A stretch of DNA of 64,000 bases, from positions 320,001 to 384,000 of the forward strand of contig CAWAMW010000016.1 in the NCBI GenBank assembly GCA_963783305.1, written 5' to 3'. Source of the stretch: an uncultured Gemmatimonadales bacterium. Its GTDB lineage: Bacteria > Gemmatimonadota > Gemmatimonadetes > Longimicrobiales > RSA9. Each line of letters opens with the position of its first letter. Within the stretch, counting starts at the first letter, position 1. Positions 31,133 to 43,248 of this stretch are shown in pieces. Below the pieces are notes generated by a model, which did not search any database, was not told where the DNA came from, and worked only from the letters and a program-made list of their open reading frames with translations. Both the position numbers and the translations under genes were made by a program.

Positions 31133-33961
31133 TCAGCTGCCGGGCGCCGTGCTGCTCGACTCCTTCATGGTCACGCTGGCGCGCGGGATCCGGGCCGGTT
31201 CCGTCACCAGGAACGCCTCGCGTACGATCCGGGCCTGCTGCGCGTCGTGGGCCTTCTTGTAGCCCTCCGCGGGACTGGCTCGCTCCGGCCGCCCCACGTA
31301 GCCCACCGTCTGAGCGTCCGTCGCAATGTGCTGGAGCCACGGCCGCACGTACGTCCAGGCGCCCATGTTCGCCGGCTCCTCCTGCGTCCAGACCAGCTCA
31401 CGCGCCTCCGGGTACTCCTCCAGGATGGAGCGTAGCCTGTCCTCGGGGAAAGGATAGAGCTGCTCCACCCGCACCACCGCCACCCCTTCCGACGACGCGC
31501 GCGCCTCACTCCCCACCAGGTCGTAGTAGACCTTACCGGAGCAGAGCACGACCCTTCGGACGCGGTCGGCTCGTTCCCGGGCCTCCGTGTCGTCGAGAGC
31601 GAGACGGAACCTGCCCTCGGTCAGATCGTCGGCCGTGGAAGTGGCCCGCGGGTGTCGGAGCAGGCTCTTCGGGGTCATCAGGACGAGCGGCCGGATCTCC
31701 TCCAGGAGCGCCTGCCGCCGGAGCATGTGGAAGTACTGTGCGGGGGTCGAGCAGTTGGCCACGCGCATGTTGTCCTCGGCCGACAGCTGCAGGAACCGCT
31801 CGAGCCGCGCACTGGAGTGTTCAGGCCCCTGACCTTCGTAGCCGTGGGGAAGGAGAAGGACGAGCCGGCTCTCCTGTCCCCACTTCGCGCGTCCGGAAGC
31901 GAGGAACTGGTCGAGGATGACTTCCGCACCGTTGACAAAGTCACCGAACTGGGCTTCCCAGAGGACGAGGGAATCCCGCGCGGCGGTGCTGTAGCCGTAC
32001 TCGAAGCCGAGGACGCCGGCCTCGGAGAGCGGGCTGTTGTACACCTCGAAGGGTGCCGTCGCCTCCTCCAGGTGCTGCAGCGGCGTGTACGTCTCCCCCG
32101 TCTCCACGTCATGGAGCGTGAGGTGCCGTTGACTGAATGTCCCGCGAGCCGCGTCCTGGCCGGACAGCCGGATCGGTGTGTCCTCCGCCAGGAGCGAGGC
32201 CAGGGCCAGTGACTCGGCGTGGGCCCAGTCGATCCCCGACCCCTTCTCCAGCGTCGTTGCGCGCTTCTGCAGCTGCCGCTCGAGCTTCGGGTGCGCCGTG
32301 AAGCCCTCCGGCCACTGGTGCAGCTGGCGGTCCAGCGCCCGCAGGCGGTCCGCCGCCACGGCCGTGACCACCGGCGCCTCCAGCGTCGCGGGCTCCACCG
32401 GCGGCGTGACCTTCGTGTCCTTGTCCTTCGCCGCGTTCTCCTTGACCTCCTGCTGGACCTCGCCGAGTCGGTCGTAGGCGGCGTTCCAGACCCGGTCGAC
32501 CTCTTCGGAGTCCACCACGTCGGTGGACGTAAGCTGGTCCGCCCAGATGCGGCGCACGGTGGGATGATCGTCCACCGCGTGGTACATGCGCGGCTGGGTG
32601 TACGCGGGCTCGTCGCCCTCGTTGTGTCCGTAGCGGCGGTAGCCCACCAGGTCGATGAGGACGTCGGCCCGGAACTCCGTACGGTACTCCATGGCGAGCC
32701 GAACCACCGCCAGGCAGGCCTCCGGATCGTCGGCGTTGGCGTGGAATACCGGGATGTCGAAGCCGCGCGCCAGGTCGCTGGCGTAGTTCGTGGACCGGCC
32801 GTCGCTGGGCTCGGTGGTGAAGCCGATCTGGTTGTTCACGATGATGTGGAGCGTGCCGCCCGTCTCGTAGCCCGGCAGCCGGGCCAGGTTGAGCGTCTCC
32901 GCCACGATCCCCTGACCGGCGAAGGCGGCGTCTCCATGCATGATGACCGGGAGCACACTCAGCACGTCCTGCTTCAGCTCGGTCGCGTCCCGTTCCGTCT
33001 GCTTGGCGCGGGCGATGCCCTCGACCACCGGATTCACGAACTCGAGGTGGCTCGGGTTCGGCGCCAGCGTGACGGTCAGGGGCTCACCGGAAACCGTGGC
33101 GTAGGTGCCGCGCTCGCCCAGGTGGTACTTCACGTCGCCCGTGCCGGAACCGAGCTGCTTCCCCTCGAACTCGGCCAGGATCTTGTCGTGCGACCGGCCG
33201 AGCACGTGAGCCAGGACGTTGAGGCGGCCGCGGTGCGCCATTCCGAGAACGACCTCGCGCCCGCCGGCGGCGGCCGCCCGCTCGATGGCCAGGTCGAGAA
33301 TGGGCACGAGCATGTCGTTGCCCTCGATGGAGAACCGCTTCTGACCCAGGTAGGCGCGATGGAGGAACTGCTCCAGCGCTTCGACCTCCGTCAGCCGGTG
33401 CAGGAGCCGCTCCTTCTCCTCCGTGGAGAGATCCCGGCGGTGCTCACCGTCCTCGATTCGCCGGCGCAGCCATTCCCGGCGCGTCGGGTCCTCCAGGTGC
33501 TCGTACTCGTAGCCGATGGTGCTGGTGTACGTCTGCCGGAGCCAGTCGAGCACCGTTAGCATGCTCGTGCCGGGACCGCCCAGGTCCAGCAGGGACGCGG
33601 GAATCGCAGAGAGGTCGCTGGGCTGGATGCCATGGAACTCCAGCGACAGCATGGGATGCCCGCGAGGCTCGCCGCCCAGCGGGTCGAGCTGCGCGGCCGT
33701 GTGTCCGTGCAGGCGGTAGGCGTCCACGAGCCCGGCGGCTGCCACGGCCGCGCGCAGCTGGGCCCGTGAGGGGGCTCCCCCCTGATCGACAGGGATGAGC
33801 CCCGCCTCCGCCGGGCTCATCCCGAATACGGCTCTCCAGCGCTCGTCCACGGTGGAGGGGTCGCGGATGTAGGACTCGTACAGCTCCTGGGCGTAGCCCG
33901 CGTTGTAGGAGTCGAAAACCAGGTTCTTCTTTGCGTCGCTCACAGCCTCAGCCGGTGGCAT
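31133..33961 (-). CDS. sucA: 2-oxoglutarate dehydrogenase E1 component
   Basis: KRFSIEG, GMAHRGRLN, GDVKYHLG, HGDAAFAGQG, RRYGHNEGDEP, WEAQFGDF, LPHGYEGQGPEHSSAR; start may be GTG at 33943. Confidence 0.98.
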   Translation of the reverse strand: MPPAEAVSDAKKNLVFDSYNAGYAQELYESYIRDPSTVDERWRAVFGMSPAEAGLIPVDQGGAPSRAQLRAAVAAAGLVDAYRLHGHTAAQLDPLGGEPRGHPMLSLEFHGIQPSDLSAIPASLLDLGGPGTSMLTVLDWLRQTYTSTIGYEYEHLEDPTRREWLRRRIEDGEHRRDLSTEEKERLLHRLTEVEALEQFLHRAYLGQKRFSIEGNDMLVPILDLAIERAAAAGGREVVLGMAHRGRLNVLAHVLGRSHDKILAEFEGKQLGSGTGDVKYHLGERGTYATVSGEPLTVTLAPNPSHLEFVNPVVEGIARAKQTERDATELKQDVLSVLPVIMHGDAAFAGQGIVAETLNLARLPGYETGGTLHIIVNNQIGFTTEPSDGRSTNYASDLARGFDIPVFHANADDPEACLAVVRLAMEYRTEFRADVLIDLVGYRRYGHNEGDEPAYTQPRMYHAVDDHPTVRRIWADQLTSTDVVDSEEVDRVWNAAYDRLGEVQQEVKENAAKDKDTKVTPPVEPATLEAPVVTAVAADRLRALDRQLHQWPEGFTAHPKLERQLQKRATTLEKGSGIDWAHAESLALASLLAEDTPIRLSGQDAARGTFSQRHLTLHDVETGETYTPLQHLEEATAPFEVYNSPLSEAGVLGFEYGYSTAARDSLVLWEAQFGDFVNGAEVILDQFLASGRAKWGQESRLVLLLPHGYEGQGPEHSSARLERFLQLSAEDNMRVANCSTPAQYFHMLRRQALLEEIRPLVLMTPKSLLRHPRATSTADDLTEGRFRLALDDTEARERADRVRRVVLCSGKVYYDLVGSEARASSEGVAVVRVEQLYPFPEDRLRSILEEYPEARELVWTQEEPANMGAWTYVRPWLQHIATDAQTVGYVGRPERASPAEGYKKAHDAQQARIVREAFLVTEPARIPRASVTMKESSSTAPGS

Positions 33962-34094
33962 GGTGCGTACAGGGCATCATTACGTTCCTTGCTGACCCTC
34001 CAGCGGGTGCGCGCGTTCCACGCATCCGGGGACAGCTGGTTGTAAGGGCATCAAGATAGAGGCCAGACCGTATGAATACCAGCGGAATCCGACC

Positions 34095-36143
34095 TCACTC
34101 CATGGGCTGGATGGGGAGCGTGAAGCGGAAGGCCGTGCCGGACGGCGAGCTCCGGGCAATCACGACATCGCCGCCCAGGAGCCGCGCGAGTCGCCGGGCC
34201 ACGCTGAGGCCAAGCCCGGCGCCTCCAGCTCGGCGAGTGGAGGGCTGCTCCACCTGCCAGAAGGAGTTGAACACGTACGGCTGGTGCTCCTCGGGGATCC
34301 CCGGCCCGTTGTCGATGACCTCGACCTCGAGGCGGCCGTCGCGCTCCGCCGCGCGCAGCACGATGGTCCCTTTGCGGGCAAATTTGAGCGCGTTGGTGAG
34401 GAGCGCCAGGAGGACCTGGAGGAATCGGTCCGGGTCGGTGATGATGCGTTCCGGCAGTGGCCCCTTTTCCAGCCGGAACTCCAGCGACTCCTCCCGCGCC
34501 CGCGGCTCCACGATCTCCCGCACGCGTTCCAGCAGCCCGTGGATGTCGGCTTCCACCCCTGTGGGCCGTTCCTGGCCCGTCTCGAGACGGACGTACATGA
34601 GGATGCTCTCCATGAGGCCGTGGAGACGATCGGTCCCGGCCCGGATCCGCTGGACATGCTGCTTCTGACGGTCGTTCAGGGGCCCGGAAACCTCCGTGCC
34701 GAGAAGCTCGGCGTACCCGAGTACTGCGGTGAGGGGGGTGCGGAGCTCGTGGCTCATCACGGCAAGGAAGTCGGCCTTGGCCCGATTCGCCAGCTGCTCC
34801 GCTTCGTAAAGACGGGCGTGGTCGATGGCGCTGCCGATCCGGCGGGCGAGCTCATCGGCTGCGCGAACGTCCATTTTGTCGAACGGCGTCCGCGCGGCCG
34901 AGCTGCCGAGAATCAGGAAGCCCAGCACATCGAACCGCGCCCGCACCGGCAGGATCATGAGCGAAGTGGGGTCGAGCTGCAGGACCAGGTCGCGCACGGT
35001 GTCGGGCGAGGCCGGGCTCGCGTGCAGTGCCTCGGGGAGGTGGGTGAGCAGCAGCGGCTCGCGCTCGCGGATGACGCGGCCGAGGATGGAGGCGTCCGGT
35101 GGAGCCGTACCCATCTGGCGGGTGAGGTCATCCAGCAGCGACTGGCGCACGGGGTCCGCGTGCGTGGCGCAGGTGAACGCAGGGCCGTGGGCGCCCGGCA
35201 TGAGCTGGACGAGGCAGAAGTCCGCCATCACGTTCGTCACGAGTCGTGTGAGCGTCGGGAGCGTGGCCTCGTAGTCCAGCGACAGGTCCAGGATCATCCC
35301 CGCCTGCGCCAGCAGCCTGCGTTCGTCCTGGAGCCGCCGCTGCTGGGTCAGGTCCACCATAGCGCCGGCGATCCTGCTCTTGTCGCCGTTCCTGCCGGGG
35401 GCAGCGTAGGCCCGATCCAAGACCTCCGCGTACGCGCCGTCGGCCCGTCGGAACCGGTACTCCTGCGTCCAGAAGGGGGTGTCGTCTTCAAGGAAGGCCT
35501 CGAACGCACGCTCCAGCCGCGCCCGGTCGTCCGGGTGCACGTGGTCGAGCCACCACTGGTGGGTGGGCTCGACCACATCCGGTTGGTAGCCGAACAGGTC
35601 GCCGAGAGCGCTGTTCCACTCGAACCGTCTCGTGACGGGGTCCAGCTCCCAGATCACCGACTGCGCCGCCCGCCGGACCAGGCTCAGCCGCTCCTCGCTC
35701 ACCTGCAGCGCCGTTTCCGCTGCCCGGCTGCCGCTGATGTTCCGACTGGTCCCGACCATCCCGACCAGCTCGCCGCCCGCGCCGAAGAGGGGCGAGTTGT
35801 TCACGACGACCCAGAACTCGGTCCCATCCCGATGACGTGTGTGGAACTCGCCCGTCCACGTCTCTCCTCGCCGAAGCGCCGCCATGATCCGGGAAGCGTT
35901 GTGGCGCATGGAATCGGCGGGCGTGATGTCCAGGATGTTCGAGCCGATCACCTCGTCGGCGCACCAGCCGTAGAGACGGGTGGCGGCCTCGTTCCAGTAG
36001 ATGATGCGACCGGACTCGTCCGTCGCGATGACCGCCTCGGTCAGCGCATCGAGGACGCTCGCCTTCAGAGCAAGGTCCCCGCTCGGGGGATCCCCTGCGA
36101 AGAGGGTGGATACTGCGGAGCTGTCCGCGTTGTCGGGCGGCAT
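34095..36143 (-). CDS. PAS-PAS-GAF cytoplasmic sensor histidine kinase
   Basis: Two PAS domains (YWNEAATRLYGW; VHPDDR), GAF, SHELRTPL, NALKF, DNGPGI, GAGLGL. Confidence 0.94.
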   Translation of the reverse strand: MPPDNADSSAVSTLFAGDPPSGDLALKASVLDALTEAVIATDESGRIIYWNEAATRLYGWCADEVIGSNILDITPADSMRHNASRIMAALRRGETWTGEFHTRHRDGTEFWVVVNNSPLFGAGGELVGMVGTSRNISGSRAAETALQVSEERLSLVRRAAQSVIWELDPVTRRFEWNSALGDLFGYQPDVVEPTHQWWLDHVHPDDRARLERAFEAFLEDDTPFWTQEYRFRRADGAYAEVLDRAYAAPGRNGDKSRIAGAMVDLTQQRRLQDERRLLAQAGMILDLSLDYEATLPTLTRLVTNVMADFCLVQLMPGAHGPAFTCATHADPVRQSLLDDLTRQMGTAPPDASILGRVIREREPLLLTHLPEALHASPASPDTVRDLVLQLDPTSLMILPVRARFDVLGFLILGSSAARTPFDKMDVRAADELARRIGSAIDHARLYEAEQLANRAKADFLAVMSHELRTPLTAVLGYAELLGTEVSGPLNDRQKQHVQRIRAGTDRLHGLMESILMYVRLETGQERPTGVEADIHGLLERVREIVEPRAREESLEFRLEKGPLPERIITDPDRFLQVLLALLTNALKFARKGTIVLRAAERDGRLEVEVIDNGPGIPEEHQPYVFNSFWQVEQPSTRRAGGAGLGLSVARRLARLLGGDVVIARSSPSGTAFRFTLPIQPME

Positions 36144-36243
36144 GGGCCCTCGTTGTTGTGACCGAAAAACAAAAACGTCCGGGCACTCCTGGCGGGGAAG
36201 CGTCGATGGCTTCTCCCGCGTCGGAGGCACGAACGATGGAACG

Positions 36244-36308
36244 ATGCTAATGCGCCCGGTGCGGGAGGGTCAAGCCGGTTGCCCGCGTCGGCGCGCGCCC
36301 GCTATCCT
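36244..36308. promoter_or_regulatory. Back-to-back sigma70-type promoters for the kinase (-) and mutS (+)
   Basis: Minus TTGACC-N18-TAGCAT (36273-36244); plus TTGCCC-N18-TATCCT (36279-36308). Confidence 0.5.
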
Positions 36309-36364
36309 TCGAAGCCTGTCGAAGTCCGTCGATCTCCCGACTCGCCGTACCATTTCCGAACCGC

Positions 36365-38980
36365 ATGCCGAAGCAGGAAGATACTCCTCTGATGCGACAG
36401 TGGCGCGAAGCGAAATCGCGCCACTCCGACGCCATCATCTTCTTCCGGGTCGGTGACTTCTACGAGATGTTCTACGAGGACGCCGAAGAGGGCTCGAAGC
36501 TCCTGGGCCTGACCCTCACGTCCCGCAATAACGGCGGCGCGTCGAACGTCCCGCTGGCGGGGATCCCGGCCAAGGCACGGGACGAATACCTCCAGCGCCT
36601 GGTGCGGCTCGGCCGGCGCGTGGCGATCTGCGAGCAGGTCGAGGACCCGGCAGAGGCGAAGGACATCGTCCGACGGGAGGTGGTGGAGACCGTCACGCCG
36701 GGCGCCATCACCAGCGATACCCTCCTGGATGAGCGGCGCAACAACTGGCTCGTGGCCGTGCTGGACCCCGGCACCGGCGAGTCCGTGGCGCTGGCCGCCG
36801 CGGACATCACCACGGGCGAGTTCCTCGGCACGCGGATCCCCGCCGATCGACTGGAGGCGGAGCTCGCGCGGTTCGAGCCGTCGGAGGTGCTCCTCCCGCG
36901 AGCGCGTGAAGGCGTGGGTTCGCCCCCGTTCGAGGGCACGAGCATCACCTATCGACCGGACTGGCTCTTCGACCCGGAGATGGCGACGGACGAGCTGCGC
37001 CGGCATTACTCCCTCCACTCGCTGGACGGCCTCGGCATCCAGGAGGGCGATGGGCCGCTGCTGGGTGCCCTGGGCGCGCTCCTCACCTACGTGGGGGAGG
37101 TGCAGCCGACATCGGCGAAGGGCCTGCGACGCCCCCAGATCGAGCGGCCAGGCGAGGCCATGGCCCTCGACGCCATGACGCGCCGGAACCTGGAGCTGCT
37201 GGAGCCGCTGCGCGCGGACACGGCCCGGGGCGTGGCGGCCACGCTCATCGATGTGGTGGATGAGACGGTCACCGCCATGGGCGGGCGGCTGCTCCGGCGG
37301 TGGCTGCTCCGGCCGCTGGTCGCACCGGACGAGATCTGGCGGCGGCAGGAGGCGGTGACGGAGCTGGTGGACGAGCCGTCGGTGCGCCGGGAGCTTCGCA
37401 CCGAGCTGAAGCAGGTGCGCGACCTGGAGAGACTGGCGGGGAAGGTGGGCGCGGGCCGCGTGGTGCCGCGGGAGCTGGCGGCGCTGGCGGCATCGCTGGC
37501 CCGTATACCGCCGGTGGTGGGCGCCCTCGATGGGGCCCGCTCCGAGCGACTCCGCTCGCTGGCCGATGGCCTGGACCCGCTGGACGACGTCCATGCCACC
37601 ATCACGGCGGCGCTGGCGGACGACCCGCCGGCGGCGCTGGCGGATGGTGGCGTGATCCGGAAGGGCCATGACCCGGCGCTGGACGATCTGCGGGACGCCC
37701 GCGACGGGGCCCGCGAGTTCATTGCGAGCCTGCAGCAGGGGGAGCGCGAGCGGACGGGCATCTCCTCTCTCAAGGTGGGCTTCAACAGGGTCTTCGGCTA
37801 CTACATCGAGGTCACGAAGGCGAACACGGACCGGGTCCCGGAGCACTACCGGCGGAAGCAGACGTTGGCGAACTCCGAGCGCTACGTCACCGAGGAGCTG
37901 AACGAATGGGAGGCGAAGGTGCTCGGCGCCGAGGAGCGGATCGCGGAGCTGGAGTCCCGGCTCTTCGGCGAGCTGCGGCAGGAAGTCGCCGCCGCCGTGC
38001 CGCGGCTCCTGGAGACCGCCTCCCGCGTGGCCGCCCTCGATGCCCTCGCCGGTTTCGCTCGCCTCGCGGAGCGCCGCGGCTACATCCGGCCGGAAGTGCA
38101 TACCGGCTACGAGATGGAGATCCGCGCCGGGCGCCATCCGGTGGTGGAGACCATGATGCCCCGCGAGGAGTTCATCCCCAACGATGTCGTGCTCGACGAC
38201 GACGCCCGCGTCATGATCCTCACGGGCCCGAACATGGCCGGAAAGAGCACGCTCCTGCGGCAGGTGGGGCTGATCCAGCTGCTGGCGCAGGTGGGCTCGT
38301 TCGTACCCGCCGCTTCCGCTCGAATCCCGGTATGCGACCGGATCTTCACGCGCGTGGGCGCCTCTGACAACCTGGTGCGCGGACAGTCCACATTCATGGT
38401 GGAGATGAGCGAGACGGCTTCCATCCTCCACAACGCCAGCGAGCGCTCTCTGGTGCTGCTGGACGAGATCGGCCGCGGCACCGCCACCTACGATGGGGTC
38501 AGCATCGCATGGGCCGTGACCGAGCACCTGCACGAGAAGACCCGGGCGAAGACCATCTTCGCCACGCACTACCACGAGCTCACGCAGCTCGCCGACCAGC
38601 TCCCGGCGCTGGTGAACACGAACGTGGCCGTGAAGGAGACGGGCGAGGACATTGTCTTCCTGCGGCGCCTGGAGCCGGGGGGCGCCGACCGATCCTACGG
38701 CATCCAGGTGGGACGTCTGGCGGGGCTGCCCGCGGACGTGGTGGGGCGGGCGCGGGAGATCCTCGCGGAACTCGAGGGGACCCACAGCCAGCACGGGGTG
38801 GGGCTCGGCCGCCGCGGCGCCCGTCGGCCCACGAGCACGCCACCGCCGGACCAGCTCTCGTTCTTCGGCGCGGCTGAGAGCCCCGTGGTGCGGAAGCTGA
38901 AGGATCTCGATCTGGATACCATGACGCCGATCGCGGCGTTGAACTGTCTCGTGGAGCTGAAGAAGGAGGCGGAGGGGTGA
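36365..38980 (+). CDS. mutS: DNA mismatch repair protein MutS
   Basis: TPLMRQW, FRVGDFYEMF, TGPNMAGKST, STFMVEM, LLDEIGRGT, FATHYHEL, SYGIQV. Confidence 0.98.
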   Translation: MPKQEDTPLMRQWREAKSRHSDAIIFFRVGDFYEMFYEDAEEGSKLLGLTLTSRNNGGASNVPLAGIPAKARDEYLQRLVRLGRRVAICEQVEDPAEAKDIVRREVVETVTPGAITSDTLLDERRNNWLVAVLDPGTGESVALAAADITTGEFLGTRIPADRLEAELARFEPSEVLLPRAREGVGSPPFEGTSITYRPDWLFDPEMATDELRRHYSLHSLDGLGIQEGDGPLLGALGALLTYVGEVQPTSAKGLRRPQIERPGEAMALDAMTRRNLELLEPLRADTARGVAATLIDVVDETVTAMGGRLLRRWLLRPLVAPDEIWRRQEAVTELVDEPSVRRELRTELKQVRDLERLAGKVGAGRVVPRELAALAASLARIPPVVGALDGARSERLRSLADGLDPLDDVHATITAALADDPPAALADGGVIRKGHDPALDDLRDARDGAREFIASLQQGERERTGISSLKVGFNRVFGYYIEVTKANTDRVPEHYRRKQTLANSERYVTEELNEWEAKVLGAEERIAELESRLFGELRQEVAAAVPRLLETASRVAALDALAGFARLAERRGYIRPEVHTGYEMEIRAGRHPVVETMMPREEFIPNDVVLDDDARVMILTGPNMAGKSTLLRQVGLIQLLAQVGSFVPAASARIPVCDRIFTRVGASDNLVRGQSTFMVEMSETASILHNASERSLVLLDEIGRGTATYDGVSIAWAVTEHLHEKTRAKTIFATHYHELTQLADQLPALVNTNVAVKETGEDIVFLRRLEPGGADRSYGIQVGRLAGLPADVVGRAREILAELEGTHSQHGVGLGRRGARRPTSTPPPDQLSFFGAAESPVVRKLKDLDLDTMTPIAALNCLVELKKEAEG

Positions 38981-39354
38981 TGGGAAAGGGGATAGCCATG
39001 GTTCTGTGTGCGGTCTCTGTGGGGCTGGCGGCCGGCTGCGACGAGCCCGACGTGCCGATCACACGACCGGAGTCGGTGTCGTTGGAGTCGCCTTTCCGCT
39101 ACCCTGTGGCGCTGTGGGACTCGGCGATGGAAGGGGAAACGGTGGTAATGGTGCACGTCACGGACATCGGCGGTGTGGACAGCGTGTACGTCCTGGAGCC
39201 CAGTGAGCATGTGCCGTTCGACTCAGCGGCCATCCGGGGCGCATACGAACTCAAGTTCGCGCCGGGCCGGCGCGGCGATCGGCGGGTGGCCACGTGGGTA
39301 CGACTGCCCGTCGTGTTCCGCATGGCCGAGCCGGGAATCGGAGGGATGGAGTGA
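38980..39354 (+). CDS. Small TonB C-terminal-domain lipoprotein
   Basis: Lipobox LAAGC; FRYP...EGETVVMVHV...FDSAA...KFAPG...LPVVF. Confidence 0.8.
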   Translation: MGKGIAMVLCAVSVGLAAGCDEPDVPITRPESVSLESPFRYPVALWDSAMEGETVVMVHVTDIGGVDSVYVLEPSEHVPFDSAAIRGAYELKFAPGRRGDRRVATWVRLPVVFRMAEPGIGGME

Positions 39355-40742
39355 GCGACGCCACGAGCCGGCACCTGCAGCCGTACGACAACGTGCTCGG
39401 GACCGTGGGGTGGACGCCGCTGATCCGGCTGAATCGCGTGGCGGAGGGGATCCGTACCCCGGTGTATGGGAAGGCCGAGTTCATGAACCCGGGCGGGTCC
39501 GTCAAGGACCGCATCGGCCCGGCCATCATCGAAGCGGCGGAGCGGTCCGGCGAGCTCAAGCCGGGGGGCACCATCGTGGAGGGAACCAGCGGCAACACGG
39601 GCGTCGGGCTCGCGCTGGCGGCCGCCATCAAGGGCTACCGGTGCATTTTCACCATTCCCGACAAGATGAGCCAGGAGAAGGTCCGGCTCCTGAAGGCGTT
39701 CGGCGCTGAGGTGATCGTGACCCCCACGGCCGTCCCGCCGGACCATCCTGATGACTACGTGATGACGGCGAAGCGCATCACGAAGGAGACGCCGAACGCC
39801 ATCCTGGCCAATCAGTTCTACAACCAGGCCAATCCGGAAGCGCACTACGCCACCACGGGGCCGGAGATCTGGCGGCAGACGGACGGTCGCGTCACGCACT
39901 TCGTGGCCTCGGCCGGGACTGGTGGGACGATCTCCGGTACGGGGAAGTACCTGAAAGAGAAGAACCCGTCGATCCAGGTGATCGGCGGCGACCCCGCCGG
40001 ATCGGCGCTGGCCGCCTACTGGCGCACGGGCGAGAAGGTGGAAGGGCAGCCCTACAAGGTGGAGGGGATCGGGAACGAGAAGATCCCCGATACGCTCTGG
40101 TTCGACGTGATCGACCGCTACGAGTACGTGCACGACCGGGACGCTTTCCGGATGGCGCGACGACTGACGCGGGAGGAGGGGCTCTTCGTGGGCGGGTCCG
40201 CGGGGCTGATCGTCCATCTCGCCCTCCAGGTCGCGCGTGAGGTCGACGACCCCGACGCACTGGTCGTGGCGATCCTCTGCGACACGGGCGAGCGCTACCT
40301 CTCCAAGCTGTACAACGAGGAATGGCTTCGGGAGAACCGCCTCATCGAGCCGGAGCGCCTCGACGCCGAGAGCCTCCTCCGCCAGAAGGATGCGGAGACC
40401 CCGGACCTGGTGGTGGTCGGCCACGAACAGACCGTGCGACAGGCGCTGGACCTCATCACCACCCATGACGTGAGCCAGGTGCCCGTCATGCGCGAGGAAC
40501 AGACCGTTGGCTCCGTGGCGGAGGACACCCTGATGGCCCGCGTCCTCGAAGACCCCGCGCTCCTGGACGCGCCCGTCACGGAGATCATGGGCGACGCGTT
40601 CCCCGAGGTCGAGCGGAACGCCGGGCTCGAGGACGTGGCGCGACTCCTCACCCGCTCCACTCCCGCCGTTCTGGTGCGCCAGGACGGGGTCCTGCGGGGG
40701 ATCATCACTCGCTACGACATGGTGCGGCAGCTGACCGGGTAG
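39351..40742 (+). CDS. Cystathionine beta-synthase (PLP fold II + CBS domains)
   Basis: GWTPLIRL, NPGGSVKDR, EGTSGNTG, GTGGT, VEGIG, DTGERYLSK; C-terminal CBS pair. Confidence 0.93.
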   Translation: MSDATSRHLQPYDNVLGTVGWTPLIRLNRVAEGIRTPVYGKAEFMNPGGSVKDRIGPAIIEAAERSGELKPGGTIVEGTSGNTGVGLALAAAIKGYRCIFTIPDKMSQEKVRLLKAFGAEVIVTPTAVPPDHPDDYVMTAKRITKETPNAILANQFYNQANPEAHYATTGPEIWRQTDGRVTHFVASAGTGGTISGTGKYLKEKNPSIQVIGGDPAGSALAAYWRTGEKVEGQPYKVEGIGNEKIPDTLWFDVIDRYEYVHDRDAFRMARRLTREEGLFVGGSAGLIVHLALQVAREVDDPDALVVAILCDTGERYLSKLYNEEWLRENRLIEPERLDAESLLRQKDAETPDLVVVGHEQTVRQALDLITTHDVSQVPVMREEQTVGSVAEDTLMARVLEDPALLDAPVTEIMGDAFPEVERNAGLEDVARLLTRSTPAVLVRQDGVLRGIITRYDMVRQLTG

Positions 40743-40856
40743 GGTCGTATTCCCGCGGCCGTCGGCCGGCCCCGGCGGGCGGGTCCGGCGGCTCGCCTCT
40801 TGCTCCCTGTTCCGCCGGCAGAAATAGGATGGCAACCATTCCAGGGACCAGAGTGA

Positions 40857-42410
<1,554 letters not shown>

Positions 42411-42417
42411 GGCGACC

Positions 42418-43248
42418 ATGGCATACCGCGATCGGTCCACCGGCTACTCCTTCGGCTACGGCCTGACCCCATGGGTGAAGCGCCTGCTCATCGCCAACCT
42501 GGTGGTCTACCTCGCCATGCTGGCGGTCCCCGCGCTCGGGGTGTGGCTCGCGCTCGTGCCCGCCGAGACGCTCACGCGCCCGTGGACACTCGTCACCTAC
42601 ATGTTCGTCCACGGCGGGTTCTTCCACCTCTTCTTCAACATGATCATCCTCTTCTTCTTCGGCCCGCCGCTGGAAGGGCTGTGGGGAGGGAGGGAGTTCC
42701 TCAAGTTCTACCTGGTGGCCGGGCTCGGCGGCGCGGCCTTCTCCTACATCTTTGCCTACGACCACGCCGTGGTGGGCGCGTCCGGCGCCATGTACGGCGT
42801 CATGCTCGCCTTCGCCATGAACTGGCCGGACATGCCCATCCACATCTGGGGGATCCTCCCGGTAAAGGCCAAGTGGTTGGTCGGGTTCCTCGCCGCGGTC
42901 TCCATTCTGAGTCTGGTGGGCGGCCAGCAGGATGGCGTTGCCCACTTCGCCCACCTGGGCGGGTTTGCGGCCGGGTTCCTCTATCTGAAGTTCGACGACC
43001 AGCTCACCAACCGAATGCAGCGGCTCCGTGAGTTCGTCCACCGCCGAAAGCTCACCGTCACCTCCGCCACCGAGGCCGTCACGAAGGAGACGCCGCCGCC
43101 CCGCCGCCGCGGCCGGCGCGACGAGGACCAGGTGCTCGACGAGGTGGACCGCGTCCTCGACAAGATCAGCGAGTCGGGCCTCCAGAGCCTGTCCAAGGAG
43201 GAGCTGAAGCTGCTCGACCAGGTCAGCAGGAAGTACCGCCAGAACTGA
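42418..43248 (+). CDS. Rhomboid intramembrane serine protease with C-terminal DUF6576-like tail
   Basis: HLFFNM, GASG catalytic Ser, AHLGG; C-terminal VDRVLDKISESGLQSLS. Confidence 0.93.
   Translation: MAYRDRSTGYSFGYGLTPWVKRLLIANLVVYLAMLAVPALGVWLALVPAETLTRPWTLVTYMFVHGGFFHLFFNMIILFFFGPPLEGLWGGREFLKFYLVAGLGGAAFSYIFAYDHAVVGASGAMYGVMLAFAMNWPDMPIHIWGILPVKAKWLVGFLAAVSILSLVGGQQDGVAHFAHLGGFAAGFLYLKFDDQLTNRMQRLREFVHRRKLTVTSATEAVTKETPPPRRRGRRDEDQVLDEVDRVLDKISESGLQSLSKEELKLLDQVSRKYRQN

Noticed and set aside
36302..38794. 830-aa minus-strand ORF (likewise 34284-36161, 39099-41042, 44105-46336, 51732-54251)
   Set aside because: Antisense shadows of mutS, the PAS kinase, CBS, fusA and the Ser/Thr kinase
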